From the NCBI GenBank assembly GCA_964468315.1, contig CAYXTA010000002.1:319-64318 (forward strand): a DNA stretch of 64,000 nt, given 5' to 3'. The translations under genes and the position numbers were made by a program. Shown one piece after another: positions 37,876 through 47,988 of this stretch (its first letter is position 1; each line of letters opens with the position of its first letter). The DNA is from an uncultured Candidatus Saccharibacteria bacterium (lineage in GTDB: Bacteria; Patescibacteriota; Minisyncoccia; Phycocordibacterales; UBA9973). The notes below the pieces were generated by a model. That model was not told the origin of the DNA and ran no database searches. It worked only from the letters and a program-made list of their open reading frames with translations.

Positions 37876-38473
37876 AAAGTTATTTTTAATTTCTGCGAAG
37901 TAATTTTTTATTTTTTAATATATAAAAATTACTAAACAGGTTCGTGCAATCATTAATTAGTTTCGACAAAACTAAGAACTGCACAATTTTTCTATCACTA
38001 TACTTTTGTCAGCTTTTTAACGAAGACAATAACATAGTGGACAGATATAAACGAAAACATTTCTACCTTGCGATAGACCCGCTTTTAAAGGCGGAGAAAA
38101 CTAAACATTTTTCTTACAGGATTTATTAAATTCTGTAAAAATTACTATTTAATTTTCAATGATCTTTCCTTGTTTCTGTATGAAATTCTTTCGACAAAAT
38201 TTCAAACAAAAACAAATACAGATTGTTAACACAGTTAAGACATATAAAATGCGTGAACTGCATTAACAAGATTATTATAATCCTTACTCTACAAGAGAGC
38301 AAAATTATATGTGGATAACTAAGGTTTTAGGCCTCAAAATCCACTCATACATAATAGCAAATTTTGCTATAAAAAGCAACCGCATACCTACCCTGCCCTA
38401 CAATATATAGAACAGATACATTGAAACAAATCTGGGTGAAAATTAAGTATTTTTTGATAGAGAATCTTTGGGT

Positions 38474-39310
38474 CTATTTAAGAGAATATTTGGACCATCT
38501 CTTCTCACCAATTTTGTTAAGGACATGGTCTTTGACCATTGAGATCAATTCTCTTTGTAGTGTCTTTTCACTGCAAGATTTTAATACAGAATTTTTAACT
38601 TCTTTTATGTCCTTTATGGTTGCTCCTCCAGCTTTTGGATTTGTATCTTTTATATTTTTTATTATTTTAACTATTTCAAATCTTCTCTCTTTCTTTAGCA
38701 TATCGAAACTATCCGAATGTTGTATTGAGAAAGTTTTGTCCGATATAGCTTTCATTAAAGTACTCCCTTTCTGCATCCCAATGTTAGTACTTTTTATATG
38801 TCCTTTATGATGTCCTTTATAAATTAAACTAGTATTTTGGGTAATAATTTCTTTTGTATTATTTATTGGAAACTGATCCTCTTCTACAAAGAAACCTTCT
38901 AAAGAAAATTCATTTTGTTTTGGTGTAAATAGAGCTTTTTTTAGATCTAAAAATTCACGACTTAGAATATTTTTATTCATTATGGAAATCATATTTAGAG
39001 TCAAAGACATGTCCAAAAGTTCTAAAATGATTGCTACTTTTTTTGAAAGGATAAATCTGTTTTCTGTATCAATGTCTGATAAAATTTCTACACCCAATGT
39101 CCTTAATTTATTTCTTATTGGTTCACTTTTATCCATTATGTCCGTTACCATATACATTGCTGTTACAAGCTTATTTGTTTTTGTATAAGAAATTTTAATG
39201 TCCTTTAAGCTATCAAAACTACTCATTTTTTGAGCAGAAATTTGATAATTAGAATTACTAGAATTTGAGGAGTCTTTTATGTTTTTATTTTCTCCAAACA
39301 TAGTGTCCAT
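38474..39310 (-). CDS. Hypothetical protein with a C-terminal winged-helix DNA-binding domain (putative regulator).
   Basis: 278 aa. The C-terminus 'EKTLQRELISMVKDHVLNKIGEKRWSKYSL' matches the wHTH pattern (...L..LV..G.L.R.G.GR...Y.L) seen in Fic/AlbA_2/TrmB-type regulators. The N-terminal 240 aa are unrecognised. Confidence 0.55.
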   Translation of the reverse strand: MDTMFGENKNIKDSSNSSNSNYQISAQKMSSFDSLKDIKISYTKTNKLVTAMYMVTDIMDKSEPIRNKLRTLGVEILSDIDTENRFILSKKVAIILELLDMSLTLNMISIMNKNILSREFLDLKKALFTPKQNEFSLEGFFVEEDQFPINNTKEIITQNTSLIYKGHHKGHIKSTNIGMQKGSTLMKAISDKTFSIQHSDSFDMLKKERRFEIVKIIKNIKDTNPKAGGATIKDIKEVKNSVLKSCSEKTLQRELISMVKDHVLNKIGEKRWSKYSLK

Positions 39311-39346
39311 TATATATAACGGACAGCAAAAAGCAAGGAATTTTTT

Positions 39347-39449
39347 CTCCTCCTTTTTAAGGAGGAGCGCTCTTTAGAGCGAGGTGGTAATTTTATTTAG
39401 TACCACCCCGTCTCAGATTACTGAGCCACCCCTCCTAAATAAGGAGGGG
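39347..39449. promoter_or_regulatory. Cluster of four consecutive stem-loops in the divergent promoter region between the wHTH gene and ftsK.
   Basis: SL1 ctcctcc-tttttaa-ggaggag (39347-67). SL2 cgctc-ttta-gagcg (39368-81). SL3 ggtggta-attttatttag-taccacc (39383-407). SL4 cccctcc-taaataa-ggagggg (39429-49). SL1 and SL4 are near-identical CCTCC/GGAGG palindromes. Confidence 0.4.
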
Positions 39450-39488
39450 AAGAAATACAAATTCAAATATGCTAAAATATATTTATAT

Positions 39489-41681
39489 ATGGCAAAAAAA
39501 GAAATTAAAAAACAAAAAAATTCTACAGAAAAAATAGAATCTTTTGGTAAATTAAAAACTGAAACGAAACACGGAATATGGGCTGTTGTTTTTTTTGTTT
39601 TAGCATTGTTCTTGATTTTATCTTCGTTTGGAATTGCAGGTGTCGCTGGTAAATTTTTCTACAAAATTTTCTCTTACTTACTTGGTGTTGGTTATGGATT
39701 GTTACCGATACTTTTGATGATGCTTGGTTACTCTTTTGTGAAATCTGAAAAACCAGATATCGGAGCAGGAAGAACACTTAGTGCAATTTTATTTTTAATA
39801 TCAGGTCTTGGACTTTTCGACATCGCTTCAAAGAATCATGCAGGAGGAATTATTGGAAAATTTACAGCGTCTCCCCTCATCGGACTTTTTGATATTTATG
39901 CAAGTATTATTTTCCTCGGAGCACTACTCATCATCTCAATACTTATGATGTTCGATGCACGCCCAACATTGCTTCCATATATAGAAAAATTCTTTACAAT
40001 TTTCAAGAAAAAAACTTCAGAACTTGCAATAGATAATGATGAAGAAATCGATGCAGAAATTGGTACAGAAAAAGACCCCGAAGAAGACGAAGAAGTACCC
40101 GAAGAAAAACCTCAAAAAGAAATTAAAAAAGAGAAAATAAAAGATAAGAAAGATGAGGAAGAATTGACTCCAAATCCAGCAGGAAAATATATCTCGCACG
40201 CATACGTTCCTCCACCACTTTCTTTGCTTGAAGAAGACAAAGGAAAACCAAATACAGGAGACATAAAAGCAAATGCAAATATCATAAAACGCACACTTCA
40301 GAATTTCGGTATTGAAGTAGAAATGGATGAAATAACAGTCGGGCCAACGGTCACTCGTTATGCATTAAAACCAGCCGAAGGTGTAAAACTTTCTCGTATT
40401 GTTGGTCTTCAAAGTGACTTGGCTCTCGCTCTCGCAGCTCACCCAATACGTATCGAAGCACCTATCCCTGGTAAGTCACTCGTAGGTATTGAAATACCAA
40501 ACAAAGTAAAATCAACAGTCGGTCTTGCAACACTCCTTAAAGATGAGAAATTCCAAAATTCTGCAAAACCACTTACAGTCGCACTCGGCCGTGGAATATC
40601 TGGTAAAGCTACTTTTGCAAACTTAGCAAAGATGCCTCATGCACTTATCGCTGGTACTACAGGATCTGGAAAGTCAGTTACTATACACTCTGTCATAACA
40701 TCACTCCTATATAGAAACGGTCCAGATGATTTGAAATTCATAATGGTTGACCCAAAACGCGTCGAGTTAACACTTTACAACAAGATACCTCACTTACTCA
40801 CTCCTGTTATTACTGACGCAAAGAAATCAATCCTTGCTCTTAAATGGGCTGCGAAAGAAATGGATAGAAGATACGATATCTTACAAGAAATGTCAGTGCG
40901 AGATATAGGCTCTTATCACGAAAGTTTTGCTGGTAAAACAAGAATAGTTAAAAACGAACAAGGAGAAAAGGTAGAAAAAGAAAATGAGAGAATGCCTTAT
41001 ATCGTAATAATCATCGACGAACTTGCAGATATTATGACTGCTTATCCTCGTGAACTTGAAAGTGCCATAGTCCGTCTTGCTCAAATGTCTCGTGCTGTTG
41101 GAATACATCTTATTCTTTCTACACAACGCCCTGAAGTAAATGTCATTACAGGACTTATTAAAGCAAACATTCCTGCTCGTGTTGCCCTCAAAGTGTCTTC
41201 AGGTATAGATTCTCGTACAATTCTCGACGCAACAGGTGCAGAAAAGCTCCTCGGTGCTGGAGATATGCTTTATTCTTCTGGAGAAGCTCAACCAGAACGT
41301 CTACAAAGTGCCTTTATTTCTGAAGGAGAAGTTAAAAAAGTGGTAAAATATCTAGCAGATAGTTATGCAGATGAAGTAACAGCTGAGATTTCCCTTTCTG
41401 GAGAAAGTATTTCAAGAGATAAAAGTATATTTGAAAGCAATTTAGACGAAGAATCAGGCGAAGAAGATGAAATGTACGAAGAAGCTAGAAGTGTTATAAT
41501 AGAAGCAGGTAAAGCTAGTACTTCATATTTACAAAGAAAGCTTGGACTTGGTTATGCTCGTGCAGCAAGACTCATAGACATGCTTGAAGAACGCGGAGTA
41601 GTAGGACCAGGAAGTGGATCAAAACCAAGAGAAGTATTAGAAAAAGTAAACCGTGATGAAAGTGGTAACAATATAATATAA
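39489..41681 (+). CDS. ftsK: DNA translocase FtsK/SpoIIIE.
   Basis: About 730 aa from the ATG at 39489 (the ORF track's 39384 is a GTG start inside the hairpin region). It has N-terminal TM helices, an acidic/Lys-rich linker, a motor domain with Walker A 'GTTGSGKSV' and Walker B 'IVIIIDELAD', and a C-terminal gamma (KOPS-binding wHTH) domain 'SYLQRKLGLGYARAARLIDMLEERGVV'. Confidence 0.9.
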   Translation: MAKKEIKKQKNSTEKIESFGKLKTETKHGIWAVVFFVLALFLILSSFGIAGVAGKFFYKIFSYLLGVGYGLLPILLMMLGYSFVKSEKPDIGAGRTLSAILFLISGLGLFDIASKNHAGGIIGKFTASPLIGLFDIYASIIFLGALLIISILMMFDARPTLLPYIEKFFTIFKKKTSELAIDNDEEIDAEIGTEKDPEEDEEVPEEKPQKEIKKEKIKDKKDEEELTPNPAGKYISHAYVPPPLSLLEEDKGKPNTGDIKANANIIKRTLQNFGIEVEMDEITVGPTVTRYALKPAEGVKLSRIVGLQSDLALALAAHPIRIEAPIPGKSLVGIEIPNKVKSTVGLATLLKDEKFQNSAKPLTVALGRGISGKATFANLAKMPHALIAGTTGSGKSVTIHSVITSLLYRNGPDDLKFIMVDPKRVELTLYNKIPHLLTPVITDAKKSILALKWAAKEMDRRYDILQEMSVRDIGSYHESFAGKTRIVKNEQGEKVEKENERMPYIVIIIDELADIMTAYPRELESAIVRLAQMSRAVGIHLILSTQRPEVNVITGLIKANIPARVALKVSSGIDSRTILDATGAEKLLGAGDMLYSSGEAQPERLQSAFISEGEVKKVVKYLADSYADEVTAEISLSGESISRDKSIFESNLDEESGEEDEMYEEARSVIIEAGKASTSYLQRKLGLGYARAARLIDMLEERGVVGPGSGSKPREVLEKVNRDESGNNII

Positions 41682-41690
41682 ACATAAAAC

Positions 41691-42035
41691 ATGAACCAAG
41701 ATTATAAAAAAATAATAAAAATTTCTTCAATAACAGTATTATTTTTATTTATTATTTTATATGCTTTTTTTAGATCAAAAGATTTAGTGTTTGGTGTTCA
41801 CATAAAAGATGTAAATCTTGTAGACGGTAAAAAAGTAGAAAATAATATAATCAATGTAAGTGGAAATGCAAAAAATGCAGTAATACTTACTTTAAACGGC
41901 AGAGAAATATCAATAGATCAAAATGGTAATTGGAACGAAACAATAGTCGTATTACCAGGATACAATGTAGTTAAAATTAACGCGAAAGATAAATTTGGGC
42001 ATACAGATGAGAAAAATTATAAGTTAATTTTATAA
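41691..42035 (+). CDS. Hypothetical small membrane-anchored protein.
   Basis: 114 aa with an N-terminal TM and a beta-rich remainder. It is operonic with ftsK and recA. Confidence 0.45.
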   Translation: MNQDYKKIIKISSITVLFLFIILYAFFRSKDLVFGVHIKDVNLVDGKKVENNIINVSGNAKNAVILTLNGREISIDQNGNWNETIVVLPGYNVVKINAKDKFGHTDEKNYKLIL

Positions 42036-42040
42036 AAAAT

Positions 42041-43096
42041 ATGATTAAAAAAGCAAAGAAAGCAGGAAATAGTGAGACGATGGATAACAGAGCGTTGAAT
42101 GACACAATCAAGTCTATTCAAACAAAATTCGGTGAAGGTGCAATCATGAAACTCGGTGAGAAACCAAAAGTTGATATCGATGTCATCCCTACTGGCTCAC
42201 TCGGTCTTGATATGGCTCTTGGTATAGGTGGAGTTCCTCGTGGAAGAATAATAGAAATATTTGGACCAGAATCATCAGGTAAAACAACTCTCGCTTTACA
42301 TATCGTAGCAGAAGCTCAAAAGAAAGGTGGTGTTTGTGCTTATATCGATGCAGAACATGCTATGGATCCTGTATATGCAAAAAATCTCGGTGTTAATACT
42401 GATGATCTTTTTATATCTCAACCAGACACAGGCGAACAAGGTCTTGAAATTTGTGAGTCACTCGTACGTTCAGGAAAAATAGATGTAGTTGTTATAGACT
42501 CTGTAGCAGCTCTTACTCCAAAAGATGAAATCGAAGGAGATATGGGCCAAGCACATGTTGGACGACAAGCACGCCTTATGTCTCATGCCCTTCGTAAACT
42601 TACTGCAATAGTCGCAAAATCAAAGACTGTTGTTATATTCATCAACCAAATCCGTATGCAAATAGGTGTAATGTTTGGTAATCCTGAAACAACTCCAGGA
42701 GGAAAAGCATTGAAATTTTATACTTCTGTTCGTTTTGATATCCGTAGAATCGCTCAAATAAAGAAAGGTGAAGAAGTAGTTGGAGGAAGAACACGTGTAA
42801 AAATTGTTAAAAACAAAGTTGCTGCCCCATTCAAACAAACAGAATTCGATATCATATATGGTGAAGGTATTTCACACGAAGGTGAACTTATGGCTCTCGG
42901 TGAGAAACTCGGTATCATAGAAAAATCCGGTGCTTCATACTCTATGAAGGATAAAGAAGGAAATAAAGTTGCTATGGGCCGTGGTTATGATGCAACTCGC
43001 ACATGGCTAAAAGAAAATAGTAAAGTAGCAAAAGAAATCAAAAAAGAAATAGAACACCGTTTTGGTGAGATACAAGTATCGAGCTCTGGAGAATAA
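42041..43096 (+). CDS. recA: Recombinase RecA.
   Basis: 351 aa. '[38 protein letters not shown]' matches the Walker A region. The L1 and L2 loop regions are conserved. Confidence 0.95.
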   Translation: MIKKAKKAGNSETMDNRALNDTIKSIQTKFGEGAIMKLGEKPKVDIDVIPTGSLGLDMALGIGGVPRGRIIEIFGPESSGKTTLALHIVAEAQKKGGVCAYIDAEHAMDPVYAKNLGVNTDDLFISQPDTGEQGLEICESLVRSGKIDVVVIDSVAALTPKDEIEGDMGQAHVGRQARLMSHALRKLTAIVAKSKTVVIFINQIRMQIGVMFGNPETTPGGKALKFYTSVRFDIRRIAQIKKGEEVVGGRTRVKIVKNKVAAPFKQTEFDIIYGEGISHEGELMALGEKLGIIEKSGASYSMKDKEGNKVAMGRGYDATRTWLKENSKVAKEIKKEIEHRFGEIQVSSSGE

Positions 43097-43149
43097 AAAA
43101 AACGCCACACAATTTGTGCGACGTTTTAATAAATAACTTAATTCTTTTT

Positions 43150-43707
43150 TTATCTCTTTTTAGAAGTTAACAAAAAATCCTCATTAATAGAAATATCTTC
43201 ATGATGAAAACAAGTAAAGTGAGCTATCTCATTTTTTAGTAATTTTGGAAAATAACCCAAATCACCTAAATGGAAAGATTTATCAAGCGCTCTTTCTACA
43301 AGTTTTCTCATTTCAGATTGACTGATCTTAGATTTTTTGCCTTTTTTCATTCTATTAAAATAATCTCTAAGTGGAATATGGTTCCTTTTAGGGGTTATTT
43401 TTAATGTTGCATAAAAATAAAAGAGATTTTCATAATGTAACACAAAAGGTTCTTCGTTTTCATCAAAAACAAACTCAGATTGAGACATTTCAGGAATAAA
43501 CAATAATTCTGTACTTCTTTTAATTGAAAATTTTTCAGATTTTTTAGGAATAAAAGTAATTGGGACGATTTCATTATCATATCTTTCCATGTAAAAGCCT
43601 ACTGAGGTAGCTTTTGTTTCAAAAAACAAAGTAAGATAGATAAGTAAAAATGCTGGTGTTCCAGCAATAATAAAAAAGAAAATCTCGGGAAAATTTTGTG
43701 GAATCAT
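43150..43707 (-). CDS. Hypothetical membrane-anchored protein.
   Basis: 185 aa with an N-terminal TM ('IFFFIIAGTPAFLLIYLTLFF'). No recognisable domain. Confidence 0.45.
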   Translation of the reverse strand: MIPQNFPEIFFFIIAGTPAFLLIYLTLFFETKATSVGFYMERYDNEIVPITFIPKKSEKFSIKRSTELLFIPEMSQSEFVFDENEEPFVLHYENLFYFYATLKITPKRNHIPLRDYFNRMKKGKKSKISQSEMRKLVERALDKSFHLGDLGYFPKLLKNEIAHFTCFHHEDISINEDFLLTSKKR

Positions 43708-43859
43708 AAGTTTTTTATTTAATTGTTAATAATACAAATATCCCATATATTATAGCACATCTAATATATAAAAGTCAATAGACTGGACTAGAATAGACTT
43801 TTGAGCTTAATTTTGCTATATTTTAGGTAATATTTTATAAATTTAAAGAATATATACAT

Positions 43860-44441
43860 ATGGCAACACTAGAATACAGTGAAATAAGAGAGAAAAAGAT
43901 AATATTACATGGCGACGAACCTTGCGAAGTCGTAGAATCTCATGTAGCTCGTACACAACAAAGAAAACCTCAAAACCAAGTTAAACTCCGCAGTTTGATT
44001 TCTGGTAAAGTCTTCCCTGCTACATTCCACGTTTCAGACAAAGCAGATGAAGCGGATATAGAAAAAAGAGAAGTTACTTTCTTGTACAAGAACAAAGGAG
44101 AATTTTGGTTCTGCGAAAATGGAAACAAAGCTAATCGTTTCAAGCTCGATGAAAAACTTCTCGATGCAAATACAGGAAAATTCTTAAAAGAAAATGAGAA
44201 TGTCACAGCTTTGGTCTGGGACAATGATGGAGAAGAAGAAACAATTGGATTAAAGCTTCCTATCAAAATGCAATTCAAGGTCAAAGAAGCTCCTCCTGCA
44301 GTACGTGGAGATACTTCAAAAGGCGGTAACAAATACATCGTTCTTGAAAATGGATCATCTGTCACAGCTCCTATGTTTATAAACGAAGGAGATACAGTAA
44401 TAATAAATACAGAAACTGGGGACTACGTAGAAAGAGCATAA
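43860..44441 (+). CDS. efp: Elongation factor P.
   Basis: 193 aa with the EF-P family three-domain pattern ('GGNKYIVLENGSSVTAPMFINEGD', a C-terminal OB domain). Confidence 0.85.
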   Translation: MATLEYSEIREKKIILHGDEPCEVVESHVARTQQRKPQNQVKLRSLISGKVFPATFHVSDKADEADIEKREVTFLYKNKGEFWFCENGNKANRFKLDEKLLDANTGKFLKENENVTALVWDNDGEEETIGLKLPIKMQFKVKEAPPAVRGDTSKGGNKYIVLENGSSVTAPMFINEGDTVIINTETGDYVERA

Positions 44442-44446
44442 AAATA

Positions 44447-44478
44447 AAAAAATCCTTACAAAAGTAAGGATTTTTTTA
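44447..44478. terminator. Bidirectional terminator between efp (+) and rpsR (-).
   Basis: aaatccttac-aaaa-gtaaggattt followed by a T-run, with an A-run upstream. Confidence 0.65.
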
Positions 44479-44493
44479 TTTGAGCTTTAAATA

Positions 44494-44694
44494 TTATTTA
44501 GCTACGAATGGGAGTAGTGCCATAAAACGAGCACGCTTGATAGCAGTAGCTAAATCACGTTGATTCTTTGAAGTCACACCAGTTCTCTTGTGATTCATTA
44601 TCTTTCCGTTTGGATTAAGAAAACGCTTAAGGATATCTACATCCTTATAGTCTATATGCTTTATGTTATTTGATGAAAAGTAATCTTGTCTCAT
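44494..44694 (-). CDS. rpsR: 30S ribosomal protein S18.
   Basis: 66 aa. '[13 protein letters not shown]...GKI...RTGV...[18 protein letters not shown]' is canonical S18. Confidence 0.9.
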   Translation of the reverse strand: MRQDYFSSNNIKHIDYKDVDILKRFLNPNGKIMNHKRTGVTSKNQRDLATAIKRARFMALLPFVAK

Positions 44695-44722
44695 ATATTT
44701 GTTTATTTTTATAATTTATTAA

Positions 44723-45172
44723 TTAAAATGGAATGTCTTCTGGGTTAATATCTTCTTCTGGGTATTCTATACCGCCCATATCGTCTTCTTTTGGAGCTTC
44801 AGATGAAGGAGCACTTGTAGCTGGAGCATTATTACTTGGTGTACCCTTAGAACCAAATTGTGTACGGTCAGCGATGATTTCAGTACGGTATTTCTTTTCT
44901 CCAGTTCCTTTATCATCCCAAGATCTTGTCTGCATTCTACCTTCTACTAAAATTGAACTTCCTTTTTTCATATATTGAGCAACTGTTTCTGCTTGTCTTC
45001 CGAATACAACTATATTGTGATAATCTGCTGATTCTTGTCTTGCACCATTCTTATCTTTCCAGACACGATTTGTTGCTACTGAGAAACTACAAACTTTTAT
45101 ACCAGATGGTAGAGATTTTAATTCTGGATCACGAGTGAGGTTTCCTATGACGATTGCTTTGTTTAAATACAT
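44723..45172 (-). CDS. ssb: Single-stranded DNA-binding protein.
   Basis: 149 aa. The OB-fold 'MYLNKAIVIGNLTRDPELK' is present, and the acidic C-terminal tail ends in 'DIPF'. Confidence 0.9.
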   Translation of the reverse strand: MYLNKAIVIGNLTRDPELKSLPSGIKVCSFSVATNRVWKDKNGARQESADYHNIVVFGRQAETVAQYMKKGSSILVEGRMQTRSWDDKGTGEKKYRTEIIADRTQFGSKGTPSNNAPATSAPSSEAPKEDDMGGIEYPEEDINPEDIPF

Positions 45173-45190
45173 ATTTTTATATAATTATTA

Positions 45191-45685
45191 TTAAGCTTCA
45201 ACCATAGCATCGATTTCTTTATCGATCTCTTCTTTGTTTATTTCTACAGGTGTTTCGTTTTCTCCTGTTGCATCAGAACCTCTTTTTGCAACAAAAGTAC
45301 TTTTTACGAATTTCTTTGAATAAATAGTATTTTCACGAACTGTCTTTATTATGAGGTGTCTAACTATTTTAGCATCAAGATCAAGTTTCTTTTTAAGTTC
45401 TAAAACTTTATCAGCATCCATAGTAAATTTGAACCAGCCGAAATATGCATTATCAAATTTGTGACGGATGTTTTTGATAACTTTACTGATTGTGTAAGCA
45501 AGTTCGATGTTTTTTGGCATTTCATCTGAAATAAATTCGCCACCGAGACTTGAGATAAGTTCTTTTAAATTGCCGTATTCTGCGGGTACGTCATTTTCAC
45601 TGATTGCTCCGTTTAAAAGGTAAGAAACCTCGTAAACACGGGCATCTGATGAATTATTAAGGGTTTTTTCTTCTTTTATTTCCAT
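45191..45685 (-). CDS. rpsF: 30S ribosomal protein S6, extended.
   Basis: 164 aa. S6-like core 'YEVSYLL...NIELAYTI' plus a C-terminal extension, in conserved rpsF-ssb-rpsR gene order. Confidence 0.7.
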   Translation of the reverse strand: MEIKEEKTLNNSSDARVYEVSYLLNGAISENDVPAEYGNLKELISSLGGEFISDEMPKNIELAYTISKVIKNIRHKFDNAYFGWFKFTMDADKVLELKKKLDLDAKIVRHLIIKTVRENTIYSKKFVKSTFVAKRGSDATGENETPVEINKEEIDKEIDAMVEA

Positions 45686-45740
45686 TCCCCAATAATAGCA
45701 GAAAGCTTTTCAAAAGTAAACCCCTTATTTCGTTACATTT

Positions 45741-46529
45741 TTAGATATTAAAGACTCTTTTTGTATTACTCATCAAAGCGTCTATAAATTCATTTTCAGG
45801 TATATTTTTTATTTCTGAAATTTTTTTAACAATTTCTACTACATAAGAAGGTTCATTTATCTTTCCTCTGTAAGGCACAGGAGCTGCGAAAGGAGCATCT
45901 GTCTCAGCCATAATAGATGTAATAGGTAAAAACTTTATAACTTCATCATAATCATTTGAAAAAGTTATCGGCCCATCGAAAGACATAGTAAAACCTATTT
46001 CCAATGCTCTTTTTGCAATATTTATATCACCAACAAAGAAATGGAAGTTTCCTATTAATTTTTCATTTGTTTTTTTATATTCCTCAAGAATAGTGAGTGT
46101 GTCTTCGTATGCATCCATTGATCCTTTACTTGGTCGAGCATGTATCATAAGTGGCTTCCCTATTTCAAGTGATAGTTCAATATGTTTATTGAAAATTTCT
46201 TTTTGTTTTATTTTTGTTTCTTCTTTTTGGTCACGAAAATAATCTAGTCCACATTCACCGATACAAACAACCTTAGGATTTTCTGCTAATTTTTTATATT
46301 TTTCTATATCAAATTCTTCTTGCGTATTGTCTGTCGGATGAAGCCCTACGCCCGCCCAAATAAAATCGTATTTTTCTGCTATTTCTATGGCTTTTTGTGA
46401 AGTCTCATAATCCACTCCGATAGTGATAGTGCCAACTCCAGCCTCTACCATACGCATAATCACACCATCTCGATCTTCATCAAGCGGTGATAAATTTAAA
46501 TGAGAGTGAATATCTATGTATTTAAGCAT
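45741..46529 (-). CDS. tatD: TatD-family metal-dependent hydrolase/DNase.
   Basis: 262 aa. 'IDIHSHLN', 'ECGLDYF' and 'MIHAR' are the TatD metal-ligand motifs. Confidence 0.85.
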   Translation of the reverse strand: MLKYIDIHSHLNLSPLDEDRDGVIMRMVEAGVGTITIGVDYETSQKAIEIAEKYDFIWAGVGLHPTDNTQEEFDIEKYKKLAENPKVVCIGECGLDYFRDQKEETKIKQKEIFNKHIELSLEIGKPLMIHARPSKGSMDAYEDTLTILEEYKKTNEKLIGNFHFFVGDINIAKRALEIGFTMSFDGPITFSNDYDEVIKFLPITSIMAETDAPFAAPVPYRGKINEPSYVVEIVKKISEIKNIPENEFIDALMSNTKRVFNI

Positions 46530-46530
46530 A

Positions 46531-47988
46531 TTAATCTTTTCTTAAGAAAAGTGGTTCTGTTGGCATCTTTCTTTCACGAATAATAGTTCTAATTTTATCT
46601 GATGTTTCAGGTAAAAATGGTTTTAAAAAGAAAGCTACTTCGTCAAGAAACATAATTAACGTCGTTGCAATTATTTTTTTTGCCTCTTCTGGATTTGTTT
46701 TAAACAAAATAAAAGGTTTTTCTTCATTTATTTTTTTATCAAGAATGCTTATTTTTACCCAAATTTCATCAATAACTTTTTTTAGATTAAAAACATTCAT
46801 ATCTTTTCTATAATATATATCAAATTTTTCTTGCATTCCTTTTTCGGTAAAAAGATCATATTGAACATCATAAGAAATAACCATTTTCATAATACGACTC
46901 GTAAGATTTCCCAATCCATTCGCCAGTTTCGCATTATATGATTCCTTGAAACGTTCCATAGTAAAAGGAGAATCTTCAAATGAAGAAACTTCAGAGAGTA
47001 AAAAGAAACGCAAAGCGTCAGTGCCATATTCTGCGACGATATCTTTTGGATCAACAACATTTCCCAATGTTTTGGACATTTTTACACCACCATCTGCTGT
47101 AATAAATCCGTTTATAATTATCTGATGTGAATTAGGTAAATCAGCAGCCATGAGCATCGCTTGCCACATTGCAGACTGAAAACGCAAATTATCTTTACCA
47201 CAATATTGTGTAGGATTTCCATTACTCCAAAACTTTTCAAATTTTTCTGTATCTTCTGGCCAACCCAATGTAGAAATATAATTTGTAAGTGCATCGAACC
47301 AAACGTACATAACATGATTTTCATCTCCTGGTACTGGTATCCCCCATGGCATCTTTTCTTTCAAACGAGAAATAGAAAAATCTTGAAGTCCCCTACTTAC
47401 AAAAGCTTTTATTTCATTGTAACGAAAATCAGGGACAACAAAATTTGGATTTTCTTCATAAAATTTTAATAATTTTTCTGTAAACGCACTATATTTAAAA
47501 AAGTAATTTTCTTCACTAATTATCACCAAGTCTTTTCCTGGATGATCAGGGCAAAATCCGTCTACGAGCTCAGAATCTGTCTTCTCACTTTCACAACCAA
47601 CACAATATTTTGACTCATAATTCTTTTTGTAAATATATCCATTATTAGAAACTTTTCTCCAAAATTCTTGTGCGGATTTTATATGATGCTCGTCTGTAGT
47701 ACGAACAAAATTAATATCTTCTGAAACACCAAACATATTTAATTGTTTCTTAAAATTTAGAAAACCATTATCCACGAATTCTTGAGGAGTGAGATTATTT
47801 TCTTTTGCTTTTTCGAAAATCTTTAAACCGTGCTCATCTGTACCAGTATTAAAAAACACTTCATATCCTTGAAGCTTTTTATATCGAGCAATAGCATCTG
47901 CTCTAACGAATTCAAGCGCATGACCCATATGAAGTGGTGCATTCACATATGGAAGTGTAGTAGTAATGTAAAAACTATTTTGTTTCAT
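46531..47988 (-). CDS. metG: Methionine--tRNA ligase.
   Basis: 485 aa. HIGH reads 'PYVNAPLHMGHALE' and KMSKS reads 'KMSKTLGN'. Confidence 0.9.
   Translation of the reverse strand: MKQNSFYITTTLPYVNAPLHMGHALEFVRADAIARYKKLQGYEVFFNTGTDEHGLKIFEKAKENNLTPQEFVDNGFLNFKKQLNMFGVSEDINFVRTTDEHHIKSAQEFWRKVSNNGYIYKKNYESKYCVGCESEKTDSELVDGFCPDHPGKDLVIISEENYFFKYSAFTEKLLKFYEENPNFVVPDFRYNEIKAFVSRGLQDFSISRLKEKMPWGIPVPGDENHVMYVWFDALTNYISTLGWPEDTEKFEKFWSNGNPTQYCGKDNLRFQSAMWQAMLMAADLPNSHQIIINGFITADGGVKMSKTLGNVVDPKDIVAEYGTDALRFFLLSEVSSFEDSPFTMERFKESYNAKLANGLGNLTSRIMKMVISYDVQYDLFTEKGMQEKFDIYYRKDMNVFNLKKVIDEIWVKISILDKKINEEKPFILFKTNPEEAKKIIATTLIMFLDEVAFFLKPFLPETSDKIRTIIRERKMPTEPLFLRKD

Noticed and set aside
37944-38129. 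61-aa + strand ORF in the ~600-bp non-coding region upstream of the surface-protein gene.
   Set aside because: No RBS, and the sequence is low-complexity. The region is more plausibly the long promoter and 5'-UTR of the highly expressed surface protein.
39384-39488. GTG-initiated N-terminal extension of ftsK in the ORF track (MVILFSTTPSQ...).
   Set aside because: The extension runs through the four-hairpin region and has no properly spaced SD. An ATG at 39489 gives the typical Lys-rich N-terminus and TM helices of FtsK. I used 39489 as the start.
43097-43140. Possible terminator hairpin after recA (aacgccacacaatttgtgcgacgtttt).
   Set aside because: The stem pairs poorly (several mismatches) despite the T-run. 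I left it uncalled.
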